Of a DNA stretch of 64,000 bases, positions 36,370 through 48,560 are shown piece after piece. A model generated the notes under the pieces. The model was given only the letters and a program-made list of their open reading frames with translations, made no database searches and was not told where the DNA came from. The position numbers and the translations under genes were made by a program. Numbering within the stretch: the first letter of the stretch is position 1; each line of letters opens with the position of its first letter. The DNA is from Felis catus (Eukaryota): positions 178,066,001 to 178,130,000 of the forward strand of contig NC_058368.1 in the NCBI RefSeq assembly GCF_018350175.1, written 5' to 3'.

Positions 36370-37345
36370 TACGGGAGCCTTCCTACTCAAGCACGCGTCC
36401 GGTCCTTATCATCTCCACGCTCCTCGGGCACGCAGTCCCCGTTTCCTCCTCCAATAAGGCTCCCGCGAAGCACTCCTTCGCAACTCCCTACAGATACAGC
36501 TCCTGCCCGCTCTAGCCAATTAAAATCCAACCGCTGCCGCCGCTCCTGCGGCGAACCCCAGCCCCTTCGCGAGCTGCGTCCCAACCGTGTGAAGTCAGGC
36601 GATTGAGCGGCGGCCAGCGACGCGGTGGGAAGGCTGGCCCGGCCCGGCCGGGCTCCCCACCTGCCTGGGCGCCGCCAGAGCCGCCCTTCGCGCCGCGCCC
36701 CGAGCAACGAGTTCGGGCTCCCGCGCCTCAGGTCCTCAGCATCCGAACCTCCCCCGAAGGGCGAGCTCCGAACCTGGCCCTGCCCCTCCACCCGCCACCC
36801 CAAAGCTCGGGCCGTCCCCTCCTCGGGCCCGGGCCCGGGGTGTGCAGCCCAGGCCAGTGACCGAGTCTCCGACCGGGGCGGGGGCTGGGGCTACGAAGCC
36901 CCGTCAGCGGCCCCGCGGCCTCCGCCACGGTTCTCGGCCCTCAGTCTCCAGACCGCAGCGCCCCGCCGGGTTCCCGAGGCGGCGGAGCGGGGACCCGCGG
37001 TGCAGAGCGCACTAACCTGGAAGTGCAGCGCCATCTTCCCGGGAGGCGGCGCCGGCCGGCCGCCCCGAGCGCCCGAGGGGAGGGAGCAGAGGCGGGCGCC
37101 GCGGAAACCCCAGCCGCCCGCGGGGTCCCTGCGCCGCTGGTTTGCTCGCACGTTCGTCGCCTCCGCCTCGCGGCCCCTGCGTTTGAAGCGCTGGACGGGG
37201 CGGGGCCTGGCGGGGCGGGGAGGGGCGACGGAGACAGCGCGGGGGGCGGTCCGGAGGGGGCAGGGCCTGCCTGGGGAAGCTGGGAATCTCAACTGCCCCC
37301 CACACGGAAGTTTCAACCGCTGCTGCCACCTCAGGTGGGTCACGA
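36370..37345. promoter_or_regulatory. CpG-island, TATA-less promoter and 5' UTR of RANBP17
   Basis: Very GC- and CpG-rich against an AT-rich background. GC boxes GGGGCGGGG at ~36875, 37197 and 37212; ETS-like CGGAAGT at ~37305; YY1-like AAGATGGCG overlapping the start codon; CCAAT at 36451 and 36516. Confidence 0.9.
37017..37034 (-). CDS. RANBP17: RANBP17 coding exon 1 (MALHFQ)
   Basis: Minus strand reads GGGAAG ATG GCG CTG CAC TTC CAG|GTTAGT, with good Kozak context inside a CpG island; matches the RANBP17 N-terminus as I recall it; phase 0. Confidence 0.95.
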
Positions 37346-38389
37346 CCTCTGACATCTTTCCTTTGACACAACCATGGCAACCTAACTGTCAGCCGGGACC
37401 CCTGGCTCTCTTACATCTCCCACAAACTTTATGGATCCTTACGCCCTACAGCACAATTATTGCCCATGGCTTCAGATGCTCCCATCTCCACAACTGTTCT
37501 TGTCCCCTAACATCCACTTGCCAAGACACAATCAGCCATAACTTTGACTCCTTCATGTCAACTGCAGTCCTTGACCCCTGACTTCCAAAGCCCAACTTCC
37601 ATTTACTTTTTAACTTTACTTGGCTTAAAATTAAACGCGTCTACATGGTGTTAAGTCAAAAAATTCTAGCTCACCTCTTACCACTTCTTGTCTATATTTC
37701 ATTGAATATGGACTTGTATTTTACACCAAATGATTACATTAGAGTGAGAATTTATTTGAACAAAACTAGATCATAGTCCCTCCTTTCTGGTGCTCTTCAT
37801 TTCTTCTTGAAGATTGACATTGGGGGCATTGTACTTTAGTGTGAAAAATTAATACTTCTTATAGTTCAGGTTTACTAGTGACAAGTTCATCTTTTCTTAA
37901 CATGAATCTGTCTTTATTTCACCTATATTTTTATAGGATAGTTTTGCTGGGTATAGAATTCCATTTTGTCTTTAAAAAAATGTTCTCAGCATTAAAAAAA
38001 AAATGTCTTTCCCTTGATTTCTGGTTGCTGTTGTTTCTGTTGAGAAGTTAGCCATTAGTCTGATTGTTGTTCCTTTGTAGGTAATGCATGTCCTTCTTTC
38101 ACCCCTAGCTGCTTTAACTTTTTTCTTTCTGTTCGGTCTTCAGCAGTTTGAGTATAATGTTAACTGTATGTGTTTATATTATCCTGTTTGGGATTCATAA
38201 GATTTCTTAAGTATTAATTCTGATATTTTTTATCAGTGTTTGAAAATTCTCAGTTTTTCCTTAAATATTGCTTCTGTTCCTTTCTCTTCTCCTTCTGGAA
38301 CTCCAGTGACAGGTATATTAGACTTTTTTGAGTATTCCATATCTCTTATACTCTTTTCTGTATTTTTTGTATTTTTTTTCTCATTGTGC

Positions 38390-38550
38390 TTTTTAAAAAA
38401 AATGTTTATTTTGAGAGAGAGAATCCCAGGCAGTCTCCATACTGTCAGCACAGTGTCTGACATGGGGCTCAATCTCACAAACTGTGAGATCATGACCTGA
38501 GCAGAAATCGAGAGTCAGATGCTTAACCAACTGAGCCATAGAGGCGCCCC
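38390..38550 (-). mobile_element. Can-SINE
   Basis: Minus-strand body ending GGCGCCCC; TSD TCATTGTGCTTT. Confidence 0.9.
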
Positions 38551-39013
38551 TCATTGTGCTTTAATCTGCATGTTTTTATTGACCTGTCACCCATTTAGGA
38601 GAAACTGTGTTCTGCTGCTACACACCCCTCTATTGAATTCTTAATTTGAGTTATAATATTTTCAATTCCAAAATTTTCATTTGAATTCCCCCCTTCCATA
38701 CTTTAAACAGATTCTAAGGCTCTGGTGAAATTCTTTATCTTTCCTCTGTTTTCTTGAGCATTATAATCATATTATTTAAAGCCCCTATCAGATAACTCCA
38801 ATATCTGAACCACCTATGGGTCCTCCTGGCTTTTGGTATTTGGTCCTATTTTTAAAGCATGCCTTACAATTTCTTATTGAATGTCAGACAATGTGGAAGA
38901 AAAAATGTAGAGGCTGTGGATGATAGCAGCTTTCTCTAAAGAGGATTAAGTTTTCTTATTGTAGATAGAATACAAGTGGATCACTTTAATCCTATTGAGA
39001 CTTGGTTTTAGGA

Positions 39014-39237
39014 TTTTATTTATTTATTTTTAATAAAATTATTTATTTTGAGAGAGAGAGCATGTGAGCTTGAGTGAGGGAGGGGTAGAGAGAGAGAGGT
39101 AGAGAGAGAATCCCAAGCAGGCTCTGCCTTGCCAGCACAGAGCAAGATATGGGGCTCAAACTCATGAACCTTGAGATCATGACCTGAGCTGAAATCAAGA
39201 ATCAGATGCTTAACCCACTGAGCCACCCAGGCGCCCC
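39014..39237 (-). mobile_element. Can-SINE
   Basis: TSD-like GTTTTAGGATTTT/GTTTTAGGCTTTT. Confidence 0.9.
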
Positions 39238-40980
39238 TGTTTTAGGCTTTTAAATTCAACTTTATTTCAGTCTTGCCCTTATTCCTAGGTCATGGTTCTT
39301 ACTAGATCTTACTATATCTTAGAGGCCTGAATGTTTGCCTAGACCCCTTCACCTCCTGGGGCTCGAACTCTAATCCCCATTTCCCCAACACTGTAAAGCT
39401 GCTAAAACCTCTGTTCAACTCTTTAGGTGCTTCTGTTCTGCTGAGTTTCTTAAAGTCTTTCATGTGCATGTGCCTCTTAAGAATTTACTGATGATTTAAG
39501 GGGAATTTGTACACAGATTTTTGGGGCTCACATCTCTGTAATTTTCTCCTCTCTCGAATTGTGCTCTTCAAATCCCAGCTGCTTTTGTTCCTAAACTCTC
39601 ATCTCTGCTTCTAGCCTACTGAGACTGCTACTGTCTGTTTAGCTCTTTTACTCATGCACCAATTCAAACTGCCCTGGGGGTGGGAACTGACCTGAATGTG
39701 GATTTTGCCCGTTAGCGCTTTCAGGCTCTCAAGGGTTTCAGTTTATTGGTTGTTCTCTAGTGCCTTCAAGCAGTAGTTACGTGTGTGTATGTGGGTGTAT
39801 AGTTGTTAATACACATTAAATTATTGTCAAATTTATATGTAGTTGTTATATATGTAATATATTAACATAGTTGTTAAATGTATGTGTATGTGTGTATATA
39901 CATATACATATATATATTTGTCCTGTTTTTATAATTGATCTAAGTGGGAGGTCTAATTCAATATAAACTACTCCATTATGACCAGACTTTTTGCATCTTC
40001 CATTTTTCACCCTAGATTTTCATAGTTCATTCACAGTGCACGAGTCCTCATCCCATAGACCAACTCCTAAACTTGAAAATGTTTGATACCCTCATCCTGC
40101 CATTTTTGACTCTTATATCCCAAAGTTTTTGATTCCTATATTATAACTTCTATTTCCATGCTTTAAGACTTTTGATATGTGAGTCTCATTTGTGACTCCC
40201 ACATCGCTAGCACCAGTGTTGATTTCTGACCTGCCTATTGCATCTGCCGTACAATACTCCATTATTTTAACTGCCTATTGCCTTTGTCTAACTTCTGGAT
40301 CCCAACCACATTTTTAAGCTATTGTTTTAAAGTAGTATTTCTGTTACCTCAATTTTAAATTTAGGGGAAGAACAATTACTTGAGATTTGATCATTTGGCT
40401 TTTTATCCCCCCCATAACAGAATATCCTTGGCACAAATATAAAATTGTGATAAGAACAGCAGCTGACTATTCTGTGGATTTACTAGGTAACTCTGAAAAT
40501 GAAAAGCCAATTATTTTTTCCCTTTAAATTTGAGTGACCACTTAAGATTTCTGTTTATAATGAACTCTCCCTTCTGTGTTTTTCTGTCAACAAAATTTGC
40601 ATATAACTTCATATATTTTAATCCATTAATAAAATTTAAGATAGAATTGTGTCACGACAGCTACCAAAACTAGCCCAAAAGATGCTCCTCCAGGATGTCA
40701 TATAATTCATTTCTATCACAAAACTCAAAAGAGGAACACTTAGAGCTCTTAGAAATTAAAAAAGTATCTTCCTCTGTGGCAACTAGCTTCTAAAAAAAAA
40801 CAAAAACAAAAACAGATGGATCTTTGATCTTTGTATCTTTTCAGGAAATTCAATTAACATTTGTAATTCTGGCATCTTAGAAAATTCACCTAACATCTCT
40901 GAGTTTTGATTTATTATTTCTAAGATGAAGATAACAGTAAGTCTGTAATTCAAAGATTTTGTAAGAAGTAACATTGAGAT

Positions 40981-41192
40981 GGGGTGCCTGGGTGGCTCAG
41001 TCGGTTAAACATCTGACTTCTGCTCAGGTCACGATTTCACAGTTTGTGAGTTTCAGCCCTACATTGGGCTCTGTGCTGACATCTCAGAGCCTGGAGCCTG
41101 TTTCCTATTCTGTGTCTCCCCCTTTCTCTCTGCCCCTCCCTGGCTCTCACTGTGTTCTCTCAAAAATAAATAAACGTTAAAGAAAAAAAGAA
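40981..41192 (+). mobile_element. Can-SINE (Fc2-like)
   Basis: TSD AAGAAGTAAC(A/G)TTGAGAT. Confidence 0.92.
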
Positions 41193-41214
41193 AGAAGTAA
41201 CGTTGAGATGAAAC

Positions 41215-41465
41215 AGTAGAGCACAGTGGTTAGGAAAACAGACACTGGAGCCAAACAACCTAGGTTTGGAAGACAGCTGTTTCACTTACTAGCTGTAAAC
41301 TTGGTGAAGTCACTTAACCTCTCTACACCTATATTTCCTCATCTGTAAAATGGAGACTAACCATATCTATTTCATAGGTTGCTGTGATGATTAAATGAAT
41401 TCACATATATGAAGTACTTAGTGCTTGGCAGATAACAAGTGCTATAAAAATACTAAGTGTTATTA
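41215..41465 (+). mobile_element. MIR SINE
   Basis: Core CACTTACTAGCTGT...AAGTCACTTAACCTCTCT...TTTCCTCATCTGTAAAATGG. Other MIR-like relics at ~1925-2130, 15035-15250, 33740-33940, 52080-52230 and 61310-61490. Confidence 0.8.
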
Positions 41466-41687
41466 TCAAATAAATCCATATCATTCTCTGAATGTCATAT
41501 TTAAAATGATATTCTTAATGAAATGGATTATAATTTTAATCAAACAGAATAAGTTATTCCAAAATATTTTAGTTTATTAATTTACAATTAAGCTAGATAC
41601 GTCCTCATTGTCTCCCCTACTCTACCAAGCTTTTCTATCCTGGAGGATATTGAAAGGCTGTGACATTACCTCCATTAACAGCATTTT

Positions 41688-41930
41688 GGGGCACCTTGGT
41701 AGCTCTGTTGGTTGAGCTTCCAACTTTGGCTCAGGTCATGACCTCACCATTCATGAGTCCCAGCCCCACGCCTGGCTCACTGCTGTCTGCACAGAGCCTG
41801 CTTAGGATCCTCTGCTCCTCCCCCACTTTCACTCTCTCAAAAATAAATGAACATTAAAAATAAAATAAAATAAAATAAAATAAAATAAAATAAAATAAAA
41901 TAAAATAAATAAAATATAAATAAAATAAAA
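41688..41930 (+). mobile_element. Can-SINE with an expanded (TAAAA)n tail
   Basis: TSD AACAGCATTT; pentamer tail at ~41858-41930. Confidence 0.88.
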
Positions 41931-42769
41931 ACAGCATTTCTGTTTCCTGTTTCCATAACAGGACTTATGTGGGACTAAACTATGAGACTGAAACTTCAAA
42001 ATATCTAACTAAAATTCTCACTTTATCTATACTTAAAATGTAAAATGTATGATCAATTATTTGCTTTAGTAGCACATATAAACAAAAAATAAGAAACAAT
42101 AGTACACACTTCCCTTAACTTATTCTACAAATGTAATTTTATTAAACACACTTAATAAGATATTTAATACCTCAGTAAGTTTTGGGAATCCAGCAAAAGG
42201 TAGACAGATGAGAGAAACAGGAGAATGCATCTAAAAAATTCAAATTTATCTAAAACCCCTCCAAAACACAACAGCTGTATAAAATATGTATATTGTATAT
42301 ATATTTTTCATATTGGTTGATTTAAACTATATTTTTATTTTCTCAACTCATTTAACCTTAAACTCCCATTTATTTAAATATTCAGTATGAAACCAGAGAA
42401 ACAAAAAACGTTTCTTCTCCTCTGGTGAAATAAGTGAGTTATTGTACAATATTTATTATTACATATATACTAAAAACTATACACATTTTTTCTCAAATTA
42501 TTTTACACTTTTAACATACTGGCAATAATAAAAGTACACTGCTATGTATTAATAATGCTGTTATTTTGACAAATAAAAACTAATATTTCTCATTTTGTAT
42601 ATTGCCTTATGTTGCATATTAGTTCTTCCACATAAAAATAAATACTTTAAAGCATTGATTACATCAAGAAGATAGCAATATTATGTTAACTCTGTATTCC
42701 TAAAGTTACCCCCCAGCAGGATCACAGTAAAATGTCACCTGACATGTAGTGCTATTGGATAAATAAAGT

Positions 42770-43260
42770 AGTATGCCCATTCTGGAAAGCAATTTGCAAC
42801 ATATATCAAGAATCTTGAAAATGTTTGTCATCTTCCCCCAACTTGTAGAAAGAGATTCTAAGAAAATAACCTAAACTGTGCATGCACACACAAAAGTTTT
42901 ATAAGTGAAGGTACTTATTAAAGCATGATTTATAATAGGGAAAAGCTGAAAACATTAAGTAAATTATGGTATAGCATGTGGCAGAATCCTATAGAGTCAT
43001 TGAAGATTATGTTTATGGAGAGTTTTGTAAAAATATGGAAAATGCTGTGTTAAGAGGTTAAGTGTGAAAGGCAAAATGGAATGGTACGTCGTTTCAGTCA
43101 AATGAAAAAAGGCATAGAAAAAAGTAATGGAACATAGCACAAACAAATGTGAACAGTGCTGTCTTATGAATGGTGGAATTAACAGGTGATTTTTTTTCAT
43201 GTTTCTGTATTTTCAAGATTTTCTAAAATGCACATTATTCATTTTTATAACCAGAGAAAA
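42770..43260 (+). mobile_element. Old L1ME-like 3' fragment
   Basis: TTCTGGAAAGCAATTTGCAACATATATCAAG...TTTTTATAACCAGAGAAAA. Confidence 0.5.
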
Positions 43261-44074
43261 ACTTATGATGTAAGGAAAAATCAGACTTAAACAGATTACT
43301 GTTAACGCTCGCTAAAGAAGCACTTATTAAAGAAGTGTTTGTGGGAGCTGTATATGTGGGTAAAAGGCCATTTAGAAAAGGTGAGTTTGACCAGACAGAC
43401 TCTATTGCTACAAATCTTTTTCAGTATAAGGGAAAATGGGGGGGGGGAGTGCAATTTTTAAAAATAATGCAGTCTTAAATTGAAATGGAGAATATAAGAT
43501 GTGTAGACTCTAGGAGAATAGGGCAGAAAAAAAGAGCTATCACTGGCCATAGCCCATTTTATGCACATGGCTACTTCTCAGAAATAGACATTTCCCCATT
43601 TCCAGTGCTCTCTTCTAAAAGGTTTCTATAAAATACATTTTGTCCTTATCAGTGAAAGCAATCCTGTTTAATTGTTTTTAGAGTGAAATTAATTTGGACT
43701 AAAATATAAAATTAGATCCCTCACATACTAATATTACTTTGAGTGGGCAAAAGCTATACCATCTCTTGAAACCCTAAGTCCTTTCATTAAGGGTCAACAT
43801 TTTCCTTTTGCCAAGAGTTATGTTTTAAATTTACCATGAGGATACCCAGCTGACGAGGCAAATCTCTTACTATACGGAAAAATGAAAGAGCCTAAGAATA
43901 GCTCAAGAAAAACCAAGTGGTCAACTTTTCTTTCTCCTTTCTTCTGCCTCACGTCTCCCCGGCCCCAACACACATTCATGCCATTCCCAAGATTAGGTTA
44001 TGCCATGCTGAGGGGTTTAGGGAAGATCAATCAATACTGACTCCCACATTTAGTCCTTTCCAATTGTAACAACT

Positions 44075-44500
44075 TATTTTAAAAGGGTATCTCTATCATT
44101 TTTTTCCTGATTATAAAAGAAATCCAGGATTTTTGTATAATATTTAGTGGTACATAATTGCATACAATCACAAGGAAAGTTGCCAAGAAAGGCAACTGCT
44201 GAAAAATAAACTATCTTAATGTAACATGTCCTTCCATGCCTCCATCTCTGCACATACATATATGGGCAAAAATTTTTTTTCTTTCATACAAAGGAGATCA
44301 TGCTATGTATAATGCCAGTTTGTACCTTGATTTTTCTGCTTAACGATGTATTTTAGACATCTTTCATGTCAGTATTATAGATCTACCTCATTTCTTTTTA
44401 AGAACTCCTTAATATTTCAATGTATGTAAATGTCATCATTTATTTAATCATTCCTCTACTGAGAGAAATTTAGGTTTGTCTACTCTTTTTCACTATTAAA
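44075..44500 (-). mobile_element. Old L1ME-like 3' fragment
   Basis: TTTTTTCCTGATTATAAAAG...TTTATTTAATCATTCCTCTACTG...TTTAGGTTTGTC. Confidence 0.5.
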
Positions 44501-44676
44501 AACAAAGCATATAGTAGCAGTGTGAAATGAATTATCAGTATTCTCTATAACTAGGAGAGGTAGAAAAGATAAAAGTTTGTTCTTGGGGCATATAAAATAC
44601 CATTCCTAAAAAAGCTTTCCCAGGTTGGCTTCTATACAGAAGCTGACCACATAGTTTACTGTTCATCCAGAACACA

Positions 44677-44910
44677 TTTTTTTATAGAGTTGATTTATTT
44701 ATTTTGAGGGAGAGAGAGTGTGCACAAGCAGGGAAGGGGCAGAGAGAAAGAGAGAGAGAGAGAGAGAGAATCCCAAGCAGGTTCTGCACTGTCAATCCAG
44801 AGCCTGATGCAGGGCTCAAACTCACAAACAGAACTCACAAACCATGAGATCATGGCCTGGGCTGAAACCAAGAATCAGGTGCTTAACTGACTGAGCCACC
44901 CAAGCGCCCC
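44677..44910 (-). mobile_element. Can-SINE
   Basis: Minus-strand body with an internal ACTCACAAAC duplication; TSD-like CATCCAGAACAC/CACCCAAAACAC. Confidence 0.9.
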
Positions 44911-45495
44911 CACCCAAAACACTTTTGAGAGTATTAATGCATACTCTGGGCTAGTCTTAATACCAGCTAATAGTGTGGAGCAAGGTCCACACCTGCTATT
45001 ACAAAAGAAGGTTGGGGGAGCCACTATGGGACAAGCAAGGTGAAAGGGACTTTTGTGTAGGAGGGCTGGTTGATAAGGGTATCAGACCCTGAATGGGGTG
45101 AAGAGAGTGACTATGCATGAGGGTGCTCTGGTCCTTGTTAGGGTGTCAGAGACTGAGCAGGGGAGGAAGGTGTCCATGCGGAGTTTTATTGTAGAGTTGT
45201 AGAGTTTTGGAGCCCAACTGGGATGAAGAGGGTATCCATACATTGCAGGGTTGGAGGACTTTAGAGTTTAACAGATCTAAGACAAGCATCCATGCAGGGG
45301 TCGGGGAGAGGCTAGCTAGGTGTGGGGAGTCAGAGCCTAAGCAGGTGAGGAGGGTTTTCTTGTAGAGTGGTGCCCTGATAGCAAGTGTCAGAGCCCAAAT
45401 AGGGGAAAAAGATATCTACCCAGGGGAGGAGTGGGCAATGGAGTTGGGAAACTGGTTACATTAGGGAATTGATAAATAAATATATTAAGAATAGT

Positions 45496-45713
45496 GGGGG
45501 CACCTGGGTGCCTCAGTCTGTTAAGCATCTGACTCTTGATTTAGGCTCAAGTCCTGACCTCAGAGTCCTGATATCAAGCCCTGCATTGGAGCCTGGCATT
45601 TTCTCTCTCTGTCTCTGTCTCTCTCTTTCTCTCCCTCTGCCCCTTAACCCCAATCCTCATGTGCACATGAGCATGCTCTCTCTCTCAAATAAATAAATAA
45701 AAACAAAACAAAA
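45496..45713 (+). mobile_element. Can-SINE nested in an old L1
   Basis: TSD AAGAATAGTGG. Confidence 0.88.
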
Positions 45714-45868
45714 AAGAATAGTGGAAGCCAAATTTCTCGCTGTGGGAAAAGAGAGTTGCAAATACGGAAAGGGGGATAACTAGATTGAGCCCTGTGGTGT
45801 TGGATTGGAACTATCAGTGACAATCCATGGTTTTCAATATATAGAGATAAATCTAGAAATAAATTTAG

Positions 45869-45869
<1 letters not shown>

Positions 45870-45907
<38 letters not shown>
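45870..45907. repeat. (TG)n microsatellite
   Basis: Read directly. Confidence 0.95.
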
Positions 45908-45909
<2 letters not shown>

Positions 45910-46639
45910 ACATATATCCCTACTGAGAATACCTGAGATCAGTAACACTCGAATAGCAATGGGCACACAATAACATCCAACAGTATTTGGCTTCTAAGTA
46001 CTATTTTCCACTTACAGGAACCAGGGCTCCTTGGAGAAATGGCTGATTCCTTATTAAGGCATGTAAGTACAAGATAAATCTGTAACATTTTGTGGTGCCA
46101 GAAAGTAAGGAAATCCTCAAAGAATGAAGGGGGCACGTCAAAAGGACACAGAGCCAACTTAAAGGGGCTTCCATTTGCCAAATATAGAACAATTCAGGCA
46201 TCAGAAATAAATGATGATAGTAATAGATTATAACTCATTGAATAAAATAAGAAAACTTTAATAATATACTAATATTAGTCCATATTAATATAAGTAAATA
46301 AATGAATAAGTTGAAAGTTTACATAATCTCATGGTATTTCCTCACAAAACACTAATTAATTACAAAGTAAAAAAGAGTAACTTTTCAGCCCAGAAGTCTT
46401 TCATCCACCACCTTTAATTGAGTGATTAATGTGGATATCACTAATAATGAGATAAATCTAAATCATGTGCCATTTCACAGAATGTAATAGGATGAACACA
46501 ATACCATCTTTGTAATAGTTTTGCAGACGGTGCATACCCTGAGTCTAATTGTGAGGAAACATTAGACAAACTCAAATTTAGAGCCATTCTCTAAAATAAG
46601 TGGCCTGTAATCGCCACAAGTGCCACTGTGATGAAAGTC

Positions 46640-48525
46640 AGATCTTTCAACTCCCTGGTTAAATTTATTACTAATTTATTGTGTCTGATGCTATTATAAA
46701 GGGGATTATTTTCTTAACTTTTCTCTGATAATCTGTTGTTAGTGTATAGGAATAGAACTGATCTTTGTATATTAATTTTGAATCCTGAAACTTTACTGAA
46801 TTCATTTATTAGTTCGAATAGTTTTTTGGTGGAGTGTTTAGGGTTTTCTATATATAATATGTCATCTGCAAATAGAGAGTATTACTTCTTCCTTTCTGAT
46901 TTGGATACCTTTTATTTCTCTTTCTTGCCTAATTGCTCTGGCTAGGACTTCCTGTACCATGTGGAAGAAAAGTGATGAAAATGGCCATCCTTATTCCTGA
47001 AGCTTTCAGCTTTTCACCATTGAGTATGATGTTAGCTGTAGGCTTGTCATATATGGCCTTTGTTATGTTGAGGTACATTCTCTCTATCCCTAGTTTATGG
47101 GATTTTCTATAATGAAAGGATGCTAAATTTTGTCAAATGCTTTACCTGCATCTACTGAGGTGATCATATAATTTCTATCATTCATTTTGTTAATATGGTA
47201 TATTATATTTATGGATTTGCATATATTGAACCATCCTTGCATTCCTGGAATAAATCCCACTTGCTCATGTTTGATTCTTGTAATGTGTTGTTGAATTCAG
47301 ATTGCTGATATTTTGTTAAGGAGTTTTGTATCTATGTTCATTAGAGATACTGGCCTGTAATTTTCCTTTCTTGTGGCATGTTTGTCTGGCTATAGCATCA
47401 GGGTAATGCTGATCTCATAAAAGGACTTTGAAAGTGTTCCTTCCTCTTTTAGTTTTTGGAAGAGTCTGAGATGGATTGACATTAATTCTTCTTTAAATGT
47501 TTATTATATTTCACCAGTGAAGTGATCTGGTCCTGGGCTTTTCTTTGTTGGGGCATTTTTGGTTACTGATTCAATCTCCTTACTAGTGAATAGTCTGTTC
47601 AGATTTTCTATGTCTTCATGATTCATTCTTGGAAGGTTGTATGTTTCTAGGAATTTAGCCTTTAATCTTTAAAGATTATCTAACTTATTGGCATACAGTT
47701 ATTCACAGTAGTTTCTTATGATCCTTTTTATTTCTATGCTATCAGTTGAAAGGTCTTCTCTTTTATTTCTGATTTTAATTATTTGGTCTTCTCTCTCTCT
47801 CTCTCTCTCTTTCTTAGCTAGTCTAGCTAAAGATTTGTTAATTTTGCTTATCTTTTCAAAAAAACTACCTCTCAGTTTCATTGATATTTTCTATTGTTTT
47901 TTTAGTCTCTATTTCTCGTCTTTATTATTTCCTTCTTTATACTAACTTTGGGCATAGTTTGTTCTTTTTTTTAGTTCCTTGAAGTGTAAAATTAGTTTGT
48001 TTATTGAGATATTTCTTTTTTCCATAATGTAGGCATTTATTGCTATAAACTTCCATCTTAGAACTCCTTTTGCTACCTGTAAATTTGGGTATGTTGTGTT
48101 TCCATTTTCATTTGTCTCAAGATGTTTTTAAATTGTTTTTTAATTTCTTCTTTGACCCATTGGTTGTTCAGGAGTGTGTTATTTAATCTCCATGTATTTG
48201 TGAAATTTCCAGTTTTCTTCTTATAATTAATTTCTAGTTTCATAGCATTGTGGTCAGAAAAGATGCCTGATATGATTTCAGTCTTCTCAAATTTATTAAG
48301 ATGTGTTTTGTGACCTAATGTATAGTATATCCTGGAGAATGTTCCATACGTGCTTAAGAAGAATGTGTATTCTGCTGCTGTTGGATGGAATGTTCTGTAT
48401 GTGTTGGTTAGGTCCATCCAGTCTAACGTGTAGTTTAAGTCCAATATTTCCTTATTGATTTTCTGTCTGGATGATCTATTCATTATTGAAAGTGGGGTAT
48501 CCAAGTCCCCTACTATTATTGTATT
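46640..48525 (-). mobile_element. LINE-1 ORF2 fragment (endonuclease to early RT region)
   Basis: ORF 48073..48504 (DTPLSIMNRSSRQKINKE...YRTFHP...YTFF...SDHNAMKLEIN) is L1 APE-endonuclease sequence; ORF 47699..47881 (FFEKISKINKSLARL) continues it; stops and frameshifts present. Confidence 0.9.
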
Positions 48526-48528
48526 GCT

Positions 48529-48560
48529 TTGTATTGTATTGTATTGTATTGTATTGTATT
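48529..48560. repeat. (TTGTA)n pentamer repeat at an L1 junction
   Basis: Read directly. Confidence 0.9.

Larger units (their letters stand above)
37760..39960 (-). mobile_element. Ancient L1/HAL1-like ORF1 and 5' region, fragmented
   Basis: ORF 38233..38493 contains KSNIPVTGVPEGEEKGTEAIFKE, resembling the L1 ORF1p RRM start; T-rich + strand. Confidence 0.6.
45430..46640 (+). mobile_element. Old L1 3' UTR (L1MC3/4- or L1MD-like)
   Basis: GGAACCAGGGCTCCTTGGAGAAATGGCTGATTCC...GTGCCAGAAAGTAAGGAAAT; similar to the copy at 10235-11100. Confidence 0.65.

Noticed and set aside
36625..37581. 318-aa + strand ORF, and other overlapping ORFs, across the promoter
   Set aside because: Non-ATG start, low-complexity Arg/Pro/Gly/Ala content, no recognisable domain; expected from stop-codon scarcity in a CpG island.
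48073..48504. 143-aa endonuclease-like ORF
   Set aside because: A fragment of a dead L1 ORF2, not a host gene.
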